A stretch of 64,000 bases of DNA, from positions 125,552,001 to 125,616,000 of the forward strand of contig CM059432.1 in assembly GCA_030390025.1 (NCBI GenBank), read 5' to 3'. The position numbers were made by a program, and so were the translations under genes. The notes beneath the pieces are model-generated. The model searched no databases and was not told the DNA's origin. It saw nothing but the letters and a program-made list of their open reading frames with translations. How positions within the stretch are numbered: the stretch's first letter is position 1; each line of letters begins with the position of its first letter. This stretch comes from Squalus acanthias. Taxonomy: Eukaryota. Positions 24,563 to 39,212 of this stretch are shown here, one piece after another.

Positions 24563-25171
24563 CTATAAAGGAAAAATAAAAAATGTTGTAGAATTAAATT
24601 TCATCCACAAACATCTAAAACTAATAGATATTTTATAATAGGTTTGCAAAATTTGAATTCAGCAAATCTGGTTAGCACTGCAGTAAAATAAGCACATTTT
24701 TGGTCATTTCAAAGGGAAATCAAAGAGTCTTGAATCAAACTATAGTAAGCACAAATGTGTGTTCATTATTGCAATCAAAAAATATGACTTGAGTTGCTGT
24801 CAACTTCTTAGCAGAGTGAATGTCAATTGTCCACATCAGTGATTGTACAATCTCAATTATTTTTACCCTTGCAATCTATATTAGGAGACAAATGAGAACT
24901 GACAACCTTGTTCCAATTGCAGTTAGGGTGAACTCACCAGAATCAAGGAGCAACTACATGTGAGAATTTTGCACATGTGGTTCCACCTGGCCTCCAACTT
25001 CACCCAGCAGTACAAAGTAAATGTGGAGCATATGCTACCAGATCTTACTGAATTGCTGGCATAATAAAAATTGGGTGCAACATACTACATTGATAGTAAC
25101 AGAATTTTGACCACAGCAAGTGTCTCTGTGAAAGGGTACATTCTCCATTAGTACTCACCTCCTGAAAAAAT

Positions 25172-25258
25172 TTAAACACCTGCGGCATTTGGCACAACTA
25201 CTTTCTGAGCAGCCTCTTTTGCCTGATGGGCCTGCAGTACAGCAACAGCTTCATCAAC
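25172..25258 (-). CDS. PABPC1: PABPC1 exon 14 coding part incl. stop (exon continues to 25159)
   Basis: ttcag|GTT GAT GAA (VDEAVAVLQAHQAKEAAQKVVVPNAAGV*), TAA at 25174-25172; donor GAG|GTGAGT 13 nt after stop. Confidence 0.95.
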   Translation of the reverse strand, partial: VDEAVAVLQAHQAKEAAQKVVVPNAAGV

Positions 25259-25479
25259 CTGAATTAGAAAAAAAGAGGGTCAAATCTGCAACAAAATGAT
25301 TGCACAGTACTATATCTTAGCAGAACTCAACTGTAGAAATATCACAAACATAAATTTTAGTGGCGTGAGCTACGATAATCTGGACAACATTGGAAATCTG
25401 AAGCTACTCCATATTTCTGCAGTAATTAATTGTTAAACTGATAGCAATATATATTACAACTGCATCTTGTGGTTATTAT

Positions 25480-26640
25480 TTTTTTAATTATTTGTTTGAG
25501 ATCTGGGCGTTGCTGGCAAGGCCAGCATTTATTGCCCATCCCTAATTGCCCTCGAGAAGGTGGTGAGCCACCTTCTTAAACCAGTGCAGTCCGTGTGGTG
25601 AAGGTACTCCCACAGTGCTGTTAGGGAGGGAGCTCCAGGATTTTGACCCAATGACGATGAAGGATCGACGATATACTTCTAAGTCAGGGTGGTATGTGAC
25701 TTGGAGGGGAATTGGAGGTGGTGGTGTTCCCATGCGCCTGCTGCCCTTGTCCTTCTAGGTGGAAGAGGTCACGGGTTTGGGAGGTGCTGCCAAAGAAGCC
25801 TTGGCGAGTTGCTGCAGTGCATCTTGTAGATGGTACACACTGCAGCCATGGTACGCCGGTGGTGGAGGGAGTGAATGTTTAAGGTGGTGGATGGGGTGCC
25901 AATCAAGCGGGCTGCTTTGTCCTGGATGGTGTCGAGCTTCTTGAGTGTTGTTGGAGCTGCACTCATCCAGGCGAGTGGAGAGTATTCCATCACACTCCTT
26001 ACTTGTGCCTTGTAGATGGTGGAAAGGCTTTGGGGAGTTAGGAGGTGAGACACTCGCCGCAGAATACCTAGCCTCTGACCAGCTGTTGTTGCCACAGTAT
26101 GTGTGTGCTGGTCCAGTTAAGTTTCTGGTTAATGGTGACCCCCCCAGGATGTTGATATTGGGGGATTTGGCGATGGTAATACCATTGAATGTCAAGGGGA
26201 GCTGGTTAGACTCTCGCTTGTTGGAGATAGTCATTGCCTGGCACTTCTGTGGCACGTATGTTACCTGCCACTTATCAGCCCAAGCCTGAACGTCGTCCAG
26301 GTCTTGTTGCATGCGGGCATGGACTGCTTCATTATCTGTGGAGTTGTGAATGGCGCTGAACACTGCAGTCATCAGTGAACATCCCCATTTGTTGGAGGGA
26401 AGGTCATTGATGAAGCAGCTGAAGATGGTTGGGCCTAGGACACTGCCCTGAGGAACTCCTGCAGCGATGTCCTGGGGCTGTGATGATTGACCTTCAACCA
26501 CCACAACCATCTTCCTTTGTGCTAGGCTATGACTCCAGCCAGTGGAGCGTTTTCCCCGATTCCCATTGACTTCAGTTTTACTAGGGCTCCTTGATGCCAC
26601 ATTTGGTCAAATGCTTCCTTGATGTCAAGGGCAGTCACTT
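25480..26640 (-). mobile_element. 5'-truncated copy of the tRNA-headed LINE family in PABPC1 intron 13
   Basis: Similar to 13345-14510. Confidence 0.9.
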
Positions 26641-26716
26641 TTCTACATAAACTTAATTATACAGATCTTCCCAAAATAAAAGCATCTCAAATTTGAAACC
26701 AAAAGCAATGTTTTAC

Positions 26717-26847
26717 CTTGGAGCGCAGAGACTCTGGGGACTCCAGCATATGAAGTAATTCAGAGTTGTCTATCTCAAGAAGCATCCCAGTGATTTTACC
26801 CGCCAGGCTTGGGTGCATGTTCTGAATCAGGGGGAAAAGCCGTTCAC
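26717..26847 (-). CDS. PABPC1: PABPC1 exon 13 (MLLE core), 131 nt
   Basis: acag|GT GAA CGG ([44 protein letters not shown]); donor AAG|GTAAAA. Confidence 0.97.
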
Positions 26848-27487
26848 CTGTAAGACAACATTTAATTGAATAACTGAGGACAATGCAAAGATTAGTTGCA
26901 TGTTAAGCATTTTTACAAGCTGCAGTAATAGAAACACTTCCTTCAAATCAAATTGACATCCCAGACATCTGCAATTGCCATTTTTGTTCTCCAAACTGTG
27001 CAATCAAGCCGAGGAACATTAGTGGGAAATGGAACTCTTTCCACTTTAGTCACCCTGTGGCAGCATCAAATATTCCCAAAATCATGTACAGCATGGTTAC
27101 ATGCAGTCTAAAGCTCCCTTAACCAGGTCAACAATGTTCCTCAGCCTGAACAGCCCCTACTGCACCACGCCCACACCAACCACCCCACTGTAGCCCCCAA
27201 CACCATCAATTAGTGCTAAATCAGAACTGAATTAAGACTGACTGAACTCATTCAATATCAGACCCTTACAAACCAGCGGAATGTTAAAGTTGCATCTGAC
27301 CCAGTAGACTATCCAGCCCCCCAAATGTCACTGATTTTAACTATAATCTACTACACTGCTACAACATACTATCACAGTAACCAATACATCTAAATTCCAA
27401 TATTACAGCAGTACATCTGCTCACCATCGTGTAAAAGAGCAATTTCCTTTTTCACTATCCATCTTTATTAACTAATTGGATTCTTAC

Positions 27488-27572
27488 CCAGCATCTGCTT
27501 CTGTTCTTGGGGAGGGGCAGCAGCCAGCATGGAAGCAGTCAGGGGTTCTTGGCCTTGTACATGAACTGCAGG
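27488..27572 (-). CDS. PABPC1: PABPC1 exon 12, 85 nt
   Basis: ttcag|CCT GCA GTT ([28 protein letters not shown]); donor G|GTAAGA. Confidence 0.96.
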
Positions 27573-28054
27573 CTGAAAAGGAATGGTGTACATCCAATAT
27601 AGTTAGTTATGTCCAGTGTCATCAGGGGATTACTATTTTATAGAAAAATCTAATTCAGTGATTAAAATCGCCCTTGGAAGCAGCACCCATACTACAGCAC
27701 AGGATACATAATTTCCATGCATCCATTGCAGGGTTTGCTGACAGCAAGCAGTACACCCTAATTATGGAACTATGCAGATGGGGCTACCGCTGATACTAGA
27801 ATAAACTAAACTGGGAGAATAGCTCAAGGAACCAGTGCAAACAGGAGTTGTACCTAAAATATGGAATCATTTAACATGCCAACATAGAGCCCAATTTATA
27901 ACTTCATTATACACTTATTTGAAACACCTGCCAGCACATTATTTTATCCATACTATTAAATATTCAAAAAAGTGCTTGGAAAACCCTTCCCCATTTGAAA
28001 GAATGGCAGATTGTATTCAAACATACCACCGATATGCGCATTTATGTAGCAATA

Positions 28055-28400
28055 AACAAGACCTTGAATTATATAGCGTTTTTCACCCCAGGACATCCGA
28101 AAGCATTTCACAGTACTTGAGTGTAGTTACTGTTTTAATGTAGGGGAATATGGCAGACAATTTATGCACAGCAAGGGGTTTCACAAACAACAATGAGATA
28201 AATGCCCCGAATGTTTTAGTGATGTGGGTGGAAGGATAATTGGTTTAATGTCCCAACCAAGTCAGAATTCAGACAGTGCAGACTCCCTCTGTAGTGCACT
28301 GGAATGTTAACCTAGATTACAGGCTCAAGTCTCTGGAGTGGGGCATGAACCCACAACCTTCTGACTCATGCAAGAGTGTTACCACTAAGCCAAGACTGAC
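28055..28400 (-). mobile_element. DeuSINE-like SINE (decayed), intron 11
   Basis: Similarity to 47407-47792. Confidence 0.65.
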
Positions 28401-28614
28401 ACTTAACTGAATATAGACCAGGATATGCCAGGTTTACTGACTGGTCTATGTGGAGTAAGCCGATGTCAGTCAGGGAAGTACTAGAGATACAACCAGCTTT
28501 CTTATTAAACTCATCTTGTGTAGTGATAGTATTCTACATAAACTTCAATAGTTTAATTTACAAGATACCGCAGCATAAATATTTGGAGCAAGAATAATTG
28601 CATAGTGTACATAC

Positions 28615-28757
28615 CTGTTGCATAGCAACCGGAGGCTGAGCATTTAGATGTTGTTGAGGATTGCGTACTCCAGCAGCATATTTGTATTGTGTAAACGAAC
28701 GGACACCAGGAGCAGTAGCACCAGGGCGAGGTCCCATTGTCTGTGTTGCTGTGTTGG
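28615..28757 (-). CDS. PABPC1: PABPC1 exon 11, 143 nt
   Basis: tgtaag|CC AAC ACA ([12 protein letters not shown]...[25 protein letters not shown]); donor CAG|GTATGT. Confidence 0.93.
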
Positions 28758-29149
28758 CTTACAAAAAAGTAAAGATAAAACACTCCCAAAAGTTCAAAAA
28801 CTTCCATTTTTGTCAGCAATTGTCTAACCTATCACAAAGTAATATAAAGGAAAAGATTGATAGGTAGTATTCCTATCCTCCCTTGTTCCATTATTGGTTA
28901 GGCAGCCTGGAATTCTGCTGTTACCAGGATATATAAGTAAGAAAAAAATGTCCATGCCAACTTTTGAACAATTTTATTTAACAGCCCACTGAATAAATCG
29001 TCTTCCTCATTCTGAGGAACATTCAACCCACAGGCATGGTACCACCCAAGGATGAAACTTTCAACCTTTCTAGTCCGTTTGGCTCAGTGCATGACCAGTC
29101 TTCATTTATCCCGTGAGTCAATGGGAAAGCCCTTGCTTTGGCTCAAACC

Positions 29150-29465
29150 TTCACGACTCAGGAGGTCCCAAAGCACTACACAGCCAATGCAATACTTTAA
29201 GTGCAGTCGCTGTTGTAATGTAGGGAAATGAGGCACCACAAGCAGCAATGAGCTAAGTGACTGGATAATCGATGCACCAGTCTTCATCAAATGTGGCATC
29301 GAGGGCAGATGGGGCCTTGGTTTAAAGCGTCTCATTTAAAGGCAGCACCTCAGACAGTGCAGCACTCCCTCAGTACTGCAGTGAAGTGTTAGCCTCGTCT
29401 CTGGAGTAGGGCTAGAACCCACGAGCTTCTGATTCAGAAGCAGGAGTGCTATCACCGAACCAAGG
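29150..29465 (-). mobile_element. DeuSINE-like SINE (decayed), intron 10
   Basis: GCAGCACTCCCTCAGTACTGCA, tRNA-like head. Confidence 0.65.
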
Positions 29466-30265
29466 CTGGTAAATGAAAAAGATAAAGCTCTGTGCACAAC
29501 CAAGTGATATTTCCTTTCAATGGAAATGTGGCAGATAAAATATCACCACCGTGAATTCCCAAGACAATAAACAAATACCAATTTTTTGTTTGAAAGCAGA
29601 TGGGTTCATTTTGAATATGGTGATAAATTGACCACAGATTTAAGCCCATCGCGTCAAGCAGACTTTTCTTCAAAATAGAACAGGAGAGGCTTTAAATATG
29701 AGATGCATTTTAGATTTCCGCTTTCGACAAATACAACAAGACAACTGATCGAAACAATGGAATAGTTCACTATTAGCATGGCTGGGTAGAGTTAACTTGA
29801 AGATAAATGTAGTTTCATCACTACACCTGCATTGCAACAGTGACTACACTTAAACACTTCACAGTGGCTGTTTAGTGTTTGGGATGTCCGGAGGTTGTGA
29901 AAGACAAGTTCCTTCCTTTAACCTGCACCCACCTACTACCACTTATGGAAGGGCAAGCAGCCATGGCAAAGCTGTGTGTCTTCAACTCCTCAAATTAAAG
30001 GCAGGGGGGGGGAGGGGGAGATGAATAAACTGCCTGTTTCTTTTAAAGAAACAGGCAGATGCGCTACCACCTCTAGTTCAATCCTCCTTAGTTACCTCAC
30101 TCAACTGGAGATTTGACCAGGCAGTGAGAAAAGCCATGTTTCCAGAATACACGGAAGTTATAGGAGAAATGAATGAAGCCATGTAGTGAAACTATACCTC
30201 AACTTAAACTTAATACAAATATCAACTCCATGAACGTAAGTTTAAAAAAAGTACAGTCAACTCAC

Positions 30266-30379
30266 CAACACGTTGAGTGCTCATGACACGTGGCACCTGA
30301 GCAGAAGTTGGTCTCATGGAGCTGATGGTTGGTGGTCGAGGTCCTGTTGGACGCATACCACTAGGCATGCTCTGGAATG
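30266..30379 (-). CDS. PABPC1: PABPC1 exon 10, 114 nt
   Basis: gccag|CA TTC CAG ([38 protein letters not shown]); donor G|GTGAGT. Confidence 0.94.
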
Positions 30380-30520
30380 CTGGCAAGAAAACAGTTTCAC
30401 AGAAATTAGGGAAATCTGAATTACAGTATAATACAATTGTCCAAATGACAATTCATGCCACAAATGTTTACATTTGATTAAAATGATCCATTAAAACCAC
30501 TATCTTGTTCATATACTTAC

Positions 30521-30611
30521 GTTGGGGTCTGACACTTTGGGCAGCCCACCGAGGGCTTGGTCGAAGCTGTGCAAGCTGACCTGCTGGGTAATATGCAGCG
30601 CGGTTCTGAGC
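30521..30611 (-). CDS. PABPC1: PABPC1 exon 9, 91 nt
   Basis: cacag|GCT CAG AAC CGC ([30 protein letters not shown]); donor C|GTAAGT. Confidence 0.95.
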
Positions 30612-30713
30612 CTGTGTGAACAAACGGCTTAGTTAACCATTTATCAAACTTTTTAAAATAGCATATACTAATTGTACCAAAAGCATTCATTTTCTATAAA
30701 TGCTATAACTCTA

Positions 30714-31124
<411 letters not shown>

Positions 31125-31313
31125 TCAAAACAATTGTCTAGCCACTGTTTGGAAATTTCATTTGAAGTTTCACTTCTGTAATGTCTGCCTTCTAGATAGA
31201 TGTCTAATGGAAACCATGTCAGCCACAAGTGTCAGAGCTTAAAGCAAAACACTTAACTGGAATTTAAAAAAATTAAAAAATCAAGTTATCTACTAATTTA
31301 TCTCTACAACTCA

Positions 31314-31493
<180 letters not shown>

Positions 31494-31634
31494 CTATAAC
31501 GGAAAAATATCCATATAGTTGAAATTAAATAGTAGTTAAGCACAAATTTACTTAAAATAACCACTAGCAACAGCATTTTCCAGGTTAGTTTCTGATCATA
31601 ACTTGCCCTTTGGACTATTAGCAGGTCCAGAGAA

Positions 31635-33290
31635 ACCATGGACTACATGCATGCTAAACAGAAGCAGCGTGCTATAGACAGAGCTAAGCAAGCTCACAAC
31701 CAACGGATCAGATCAAAGCTCTACAGTTCTGCCACATCCAGGCATGAATGGTAGTGGACAATTAAACAACTAACGGGAGGAGGCAGCTCTAGAAACATCC
31801 CCATCCTTAACGATGGTGGAACCCAGCACGCGAGTGCAAAAGAGCAAGGCTGAAGAGTTTGCAACCATCGTCAGCCAGAAGTGCTAAGTAGATGATCCAT
31901 CTTGGCCTCCTCCCAAGCTTCCCACCATCACAGATGCCACTCTTCAGCCAATTCGATTCACTCCACGCAATATCAAGAAACGGCTGAGCGCACTGGACAC
32001 CACAAAGGCTTATGGGCCCCAACATTCCAACTGTCATGCTGAAGACCTGTGCTCCAGAACGAGCCTCACCTCTAGCCAAGCTGTTCCAGTACAGCTACAC
32101 ACAGCCATTTGCCTGACAAAGTAGAAAATTGCTTAGGTATGTCCTGTCCACAAAAAGCAGGATGAATCCAATCTGGCCAATTACCACCCCATCAGCCTAC
32201 TCTCAATCATCAAATTGATGAAAGGTGTCGTTGACACATCTATCATCAGCACTTGCTCACCAATAACCTGCTCACCAATGCTCAGTTTGGGTTCCACCAG
32301 GACCACTCAGCTCCAGACCTCATCACAGCCTTGGTCCAAACATGGACAAAAGAGCTGAATTCCAGAGGTGAGGAGAGTGACTGCCCTTGACATCAAGGAA
32401 CATTTCACCAAGGAGACCTAGTAAAATTGAAGTCAATGGGAATCAGGGGGAAAACTCTCCACTGGCTAGAATCATATTTAGCACAAAGGAAGATGGTTGT
32501 GGTTGTTTGAGGAACCATCTCAGCCCCAGGACATCACAGCAAGTGTTCCCCAGGGCAGTGTCCTAGGCTCAACCATCTTCAGCTGCTTCAATTACCTTCC
32601 CCCCACCCCACAAAGGTCAAGTGGGGATGTTCGCTGATGATTGGTGTTTCAATTTGCAATTCCCTCAGATTCAGTTTGCAATTCCCTCAGATGCATGCAA
32701 CGAGACCTGGACAACATCCAAGCTTGGGCTGCTAAGTGGCAAGTAACATTTGTGTCACACAAGTGCCAGGCAATGACCATCTCCAACAAGTCTAACCACC
32801 ACCCCATGACATTCAATGGCATTACCATCAAATCCCCCATCAACATCCTAAGGGGGGGGGGGGTCACCATTAACCAGAAACTCAATGGGACAAGCCACAC
32901 AAATACTGTGGCTACAAGAGCAGTTCAGAGACTGGGTATTCTGCAGCAAGTGACTCACCTTCTGACTCCTCAAAGCCTTTCCACCACCTACAAGGCACAA
33001 GTCAAGAGTGTGATGGAATAATGTCCACTTGCCTGGATGAGTGCTGCTCCAACAAATCTCAAGAAGCTCAACAACATCCACAGCAAAGCAGTCCGCTTAA
33101 TCGGCACCACATCCACCACCTTCACCACCGATGCAACATGGCTGCAGCATCCCAAAACTCCCTATCCAATAGCACTGTGGGAGTATCTTCAAGAAGGCAG
33201 CTCACCACCACTACCTTCAAGGGCAACTAGGGACAGGCAATAAATGGGCTTTGCCAGCGAACCCATAAAAAGTGAATGAATAAATGAAAA
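31635..33290 (+). mobile_element. Older 5'-truncated copy of the tRNA-headed LINE family in intron 6 (antisense to PABPC1)
   Basis: Homologous to 15250-13345; MQRDLDNIQAWAAKWQVTF. Confidence 0.88.
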
Positions 33291-33967
33291 ATAAAAATCT
33301 TTGGATCAGCTCTTACTCAGTAACACAAACATTTACATTTAATAAAGTCATTCTGAAGACAGGATTACTTTATTGCAGTACAGTATCAACCTACTAAAAT
33401 ACAGGTAAAAGAAGAAATGTCTTTCTTTCCCTCCAAAATGGGCACAACTTCCAATAGATTTGGGCTACCACCGGCTATTTTAGTCAATTGAGCAGGGTGT
33501 CCATTGGTTTCCACACGTGCACTGACATGTGTTCTATGTCGCCAAGGGGCAGCATGTAGATGAGAAATAGTAGCAATTGCATACCAAAACACTGAGGTTG
33601 ACAACAACCAGGTCACTTAAAACCACATTTGCTAGCAGTGCTCAGCAAAGATTGCACATAGAAAAGTAACCTCTGACAGCTTAGGATCTACTGTTAACTT
33701 TAAACCCACCAGTTACTGACGAACAGCAAGCATTCTCTCTCCCTTATCTTTCATTATGGGGTGAAACTACACCCAACTAGACCAGGCCAAATTTTTCCTT
33801 CAAGATCAATAAACTGTCAAGTAATAAGCCACAAACAGATTGTTTATTGTGTTTTATCAAAAATACTAATTGAAAATCTAATTCCAGTAGCCATTTTACC
33901 AAGAATAGCAAAGCTACACCAAAGAGAACTACCAGAAGTGACCTTCAGCCAGTTCAACACTAAATCA

Positions 33968-34189
<222 letters not shown>

Positions 34190-34681
34190 CTAATAAATGC
34201 ATACATTAGTTTACAAAAATGGAAGGAATGTCCAGAGTGTAATTTCAGTCAATGCACAAGCTGGAGGACAAACAATTTGCTACACCTACATTATTTCTGC
34301 TATTGGACCAGTATAATTGCAGGTTGAATTCCCACATGACTGCACACAGCCTCCATACACAGATAATGCCGCTGCATAATTGCTTGGAACACACCTTTGG
34401 AATCAATGCAAGACAAACACCAGAGGGGAAAATCCAAGCAGCCATAACATTTGGCCCCTCTTCTGGTATTCCTAGTCACTGCACAACTGGGTCACAATGC
34501 ATTTCTCTCCCTTCTTCTCCACCCCAAGAAATTCCAACAGCACAACTGAGACTTGGAACTTTCCACATGGTCCACTGCAAGGGCTGGAAACCCTTGATCG
34601 ATATACTAGACTAAGTCTAAAATCTCAGTTGAAAATTATGTACAAAACCCATTTCAGAAAAGTACATGTCTAGACTTATCA

Positions 34682-34915
<234 letters not shown>

Positions 34916-35713
34916 TTAAATCCACAAATTGTTACACATTGTGGTACTTGGACAGTTACATTGCTAAATAGTTAACTGATGATAAAGCCAGAATATCAGG
35001 TAATGAAAGCCGCGTTATACGTAGTCATGTGTGTTTTAATATTGCTAGATACTGTGCTCAATAGCTGCAGACCAAAATATCTCCCTGCCGACCATTACCA
35101 ATTGAGATGTAGCTTGCATTACATGGCTTGTAAAAACAATAAAAATCTGTTTATATGGCAATTACCTATGACAAGTTTCTGAGCCCTAGCAATCTGGACC
35201 TTAAAGACAGGCAACATGGTCCTATTTGCTCGATGCTGCTTTGTCTGAATGAGGTTTAGTGCTGTTGCTTCATAGGTGGATAAATCCTATACAATACCAG
35301 GATACATTAGGATCAGCAACCTGAAACTCATGCAAATTAAAATGGGACACAGACTTAAATCTTCAAATGTAGTTACCACGGCTCTATGGCGTGCCCTATA
35401 CAATGCGCAAAGGCAAAAAGTTTGGCCATCTCTGGCATACGATCAGTACAACCATAACTAGTCCTGCTTATGCACAGTTCAGGAAATGTAAAATTCAAGA
35501 CAAAAATGACTGCCAAGTATTAAATGCACAATGACTCCAATTACAATAAATCAGCTGGAAATGTAATGTCATTATTTAAACAAAACAAGTGGGGTGGGGT
35601 GGGAAATCAAGCTCTTTGATCCAAAATCTGATACCCGGGAGTGTTAAGTTTTTTATACAAAAGATAAATCAAATTATTTTAGTGAATTTGCCAAATTTAA
35701 ATCGAAGAATTCA

Positions 35714-35905
<192 letters not shown>

Positions 35906-36914
35906 CTATAAATATTATTTGTAATTTTGTTATTCCTCTCTAAAAGCAGGGGCTCATGCAAGGGTATGGATTTTCAGACAGAAGGCCTCTCTGTACCTCA
36001 CTTAAGCAATCATTCTTCACCCTCAAATCTGGATAGCAAGTGCCAGTTTGTTCAAAAGTGGGGGCCATTACAGTCAAGCGCCATAATTTCCTCACCTTAA
36101 CATCCAAATATTCATTTCTATTGAGGGCCATTGAAAAGCAACCAGGAGAATGGACACTGGCCAATTGCCACACCCCATTACCACCTTAGTTCAGATTGGC
36201 CAACTCTAAGCAGATAAGGGACAAACCTAGAACTTCTGCAATTTGCATGGCTCAGTACCTCCTTATCTCACCCTCAATACCATTTATCATCAGAATTTTT
36301 GGTAAGTAAAGCTTAAATTTAACTAACATACTGTGTTGCTAAGGAATGAGATAAAGAGGGCTGAAAAACGTTTGTACTACACAAGGACAGACAATAAAAT
36401 CCACTGTGTTTTGGATAGAGACCAACATGTTACATCACATTTGAAGTTTCCACAACTTGCAAAGTATTATTTTTTAACCAAGTCACTAACAGAGTACCCG
36501 ATAGGTGCACTCACTTAAATTTTTTTTGGAACGAACATAAAAATTTGATTCTTTACAATTTCAACTGAAGTGCTTTTAAGAACGTATTTTTCATTGAAGT
36601 GTTAGTATAGCTTCAATTGCCCTGAACTCTCTAGTAAACCAGCATCCAGAGACTGTCAAATAAATCACCAAGCCACATATTTGCCCAGATAAAATCAGAC
36701 TTTCTGACAAATTCACTCCTCAGATACTAGTGAAGCAAGATTATACTTTTATCACCATTTCTGCTAAGCGCCATTGTTCTCATGGGGAAAAAAGGTTCCT
36801 GATAATTAAGAGTATGTCAGACACTGGCTTCTATTTTCTGCAGCAACTTTATTTTTAAACCTAAATAGCTAAAGTCTATTGAAAATCCAGATATTTAAAA
36901 ATCCATATACATAC

Positions 36915-37030
36915 ACTTTACGATCATTAAGAAGCATGCCGTTCATTTTTTCAATGGCTCGTTCTGCCGCTTCATGGGTCTCAAAATGGACAAATCCATA
37001 GCCCTTAGACCCATTTTCATCACAGACCAC
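36915..37030 (-). CDS. PABPC1: PABPC1 exon 3, 116 nt
   Basis: ctag|GTG GTC TGT ([39 protein letters not shown]); donor GT|GTATGT. Confidence 0.96.
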
Positions 37031-37129
37031 CTAGGCAGAACAAAATCCTTGGTCAACAATCCACATTCAAAAGGTTATTTAGCATGATTTAAAGCCAAAA
37101 TTGCATTTTCTATATTGACAATTTTTGAC

Positions 37130-37625
37130 GTGATACAATGTGCCTTTAATATAGAAAAATGTCCCAAGGCACTTCAGAGGTGTAATCAAACCAAAACAGA
37201 TGCTGATCCTAAGCAGCAGATATTAGGAGGGGTGAGCAAAAGTTTTGTCAGAGGTGGGTTTTAAAAAGCGGGGGAGAGGTGGAGGCGCAAAGTGGTTTAG
37301 GGAAGGAATTCCAGAGTGTGGGGCCTAGACAGCCAAAGACAGTTGCCAATGGTGGGGTGAAAGAAGTGAAGGATACACAAGAACAGAGTCGGACAATCAG
37401 TATACAGGGAGATGCAAGGCCATGAAGGGATTTGAAGACTAGAATGAGAATTTTAAATTGGAGGCGTTGGAGGACAGAGAGCCAGTGTAAGTTTGCAAAG
37501 ATACGGGCAGCACAGCTTTGGACGAGCTGAATTTTACACAGCGTGAAGGATGGCAGGCCAGCCACGAGAACATTGGATTGGTTCCAGTCTGGAGGTGACA
37601 AAGACACTATTGAGTGTTTCAGCAT
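37130..37625 (-). mobile_element. Decayed L2 3' fragment, intron 2
   Basis: LHWL...FKILILVFKSLHGLA, LWNSFP. Confidence 0.75.
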
Positions 37626-38216
37626 AGGGAGACACTTTTGAAACATTTACCTCAGGATTATTTTGTGACCGGTGGGATGCTTATTTAACTTAACAAATTA
37701 GACGTGGGTTTAAATACAACCCCGAACATTTGGGATTCAAGTTCTAAAGGCCATTGTTGAAGCTAAACAGTCTCACCCATCTCTGAATGTATATAAAGTA
37801 TTGCAAAATCTGTAGAAGTGGCAGTTCTAGATCTGGAAGAGTGTAGTCACAGTAAGGAAATCTAACTGAACCTGGAGATGTATCAAGAGGGATAGAACAG
37901 TAATTCCTGTATGTGCACCTATACATCCACATCTCGAATACTCTGTTCCGACATCCAAGTATCAGAGGCAGTGCAAAAAAAAGTATCAAGCTTAAAGCAT
38001 CTGAGGTGATGAGAAGGTGAAGAGCTTGGCATTGTTTATTCTAAATAGCAGATTTGGGAGATATTATTCAAGATTCTTGAACCCCAATATGTTCACGATT
38101 GCCAAAATCTAGAACCAGGGAAATGGGCTCCAGTTTAGAAGAGGGAGGGTACACAATTTACATTTAACTATTTTATACAGAAGGTGGCCAGCTTTAACCA
38201 ATTATAATACAAGTTA

Positions 38217-38555
<339 letters not shown>

Positions 38556-39212
38556 TTAGTATGTAATGCTTGTTTAGATTAGCAATTTGCCCAGGGGGTT
38601 AAAAAAAATCTGCAACACTGAAAATCTGTAGGGAAACAAATGCTTAAAATATATCAGTCAGCATCTGAACGTGTCAAGGGGATCGGCTTCATCAATTAAC
38701 CTGCCCCATTCTTGCATTTTGTTTAGGTATGTTTGAAATCTGGACTCCTGAAAATTAATTCTTGTGGCTTCAATGGTAAATCAGAAGGAAACTGACATTG
38801 CATTATGTTGTACAATAATGTGATACAATCATAAGCAAGACTGAATGGAGAATTCATTAATTAATAGCGTCAGCCTCACAGATGGATACATAGCCAATTC
38901 ATTCCACATCTAACATGTAGGCTTAGAACTTTAAGTGAGTAATTCTGTAGGGTCCTCCTTTATGCTCATCTCCCCCAACCCCACAAAGTTATTATGCCAC
39001 TTATAAATCCAAATTTTCAATTTCCACAGGCACGTCAGTAATTTGCACATATCTTCCCTTGGAAGGTAATTGCATATGTGTAAATATGTCATGGCTAGTG
39101 GCTATATGGGGAGGACCCTGCTCAGCCAGCAGGATGTTAATTTTCCCATTCCTTACAAGGCCATAATATAAAATTTAAATGTCAGCAGCTACATCCCTTT
39201 CATCTACACTAC

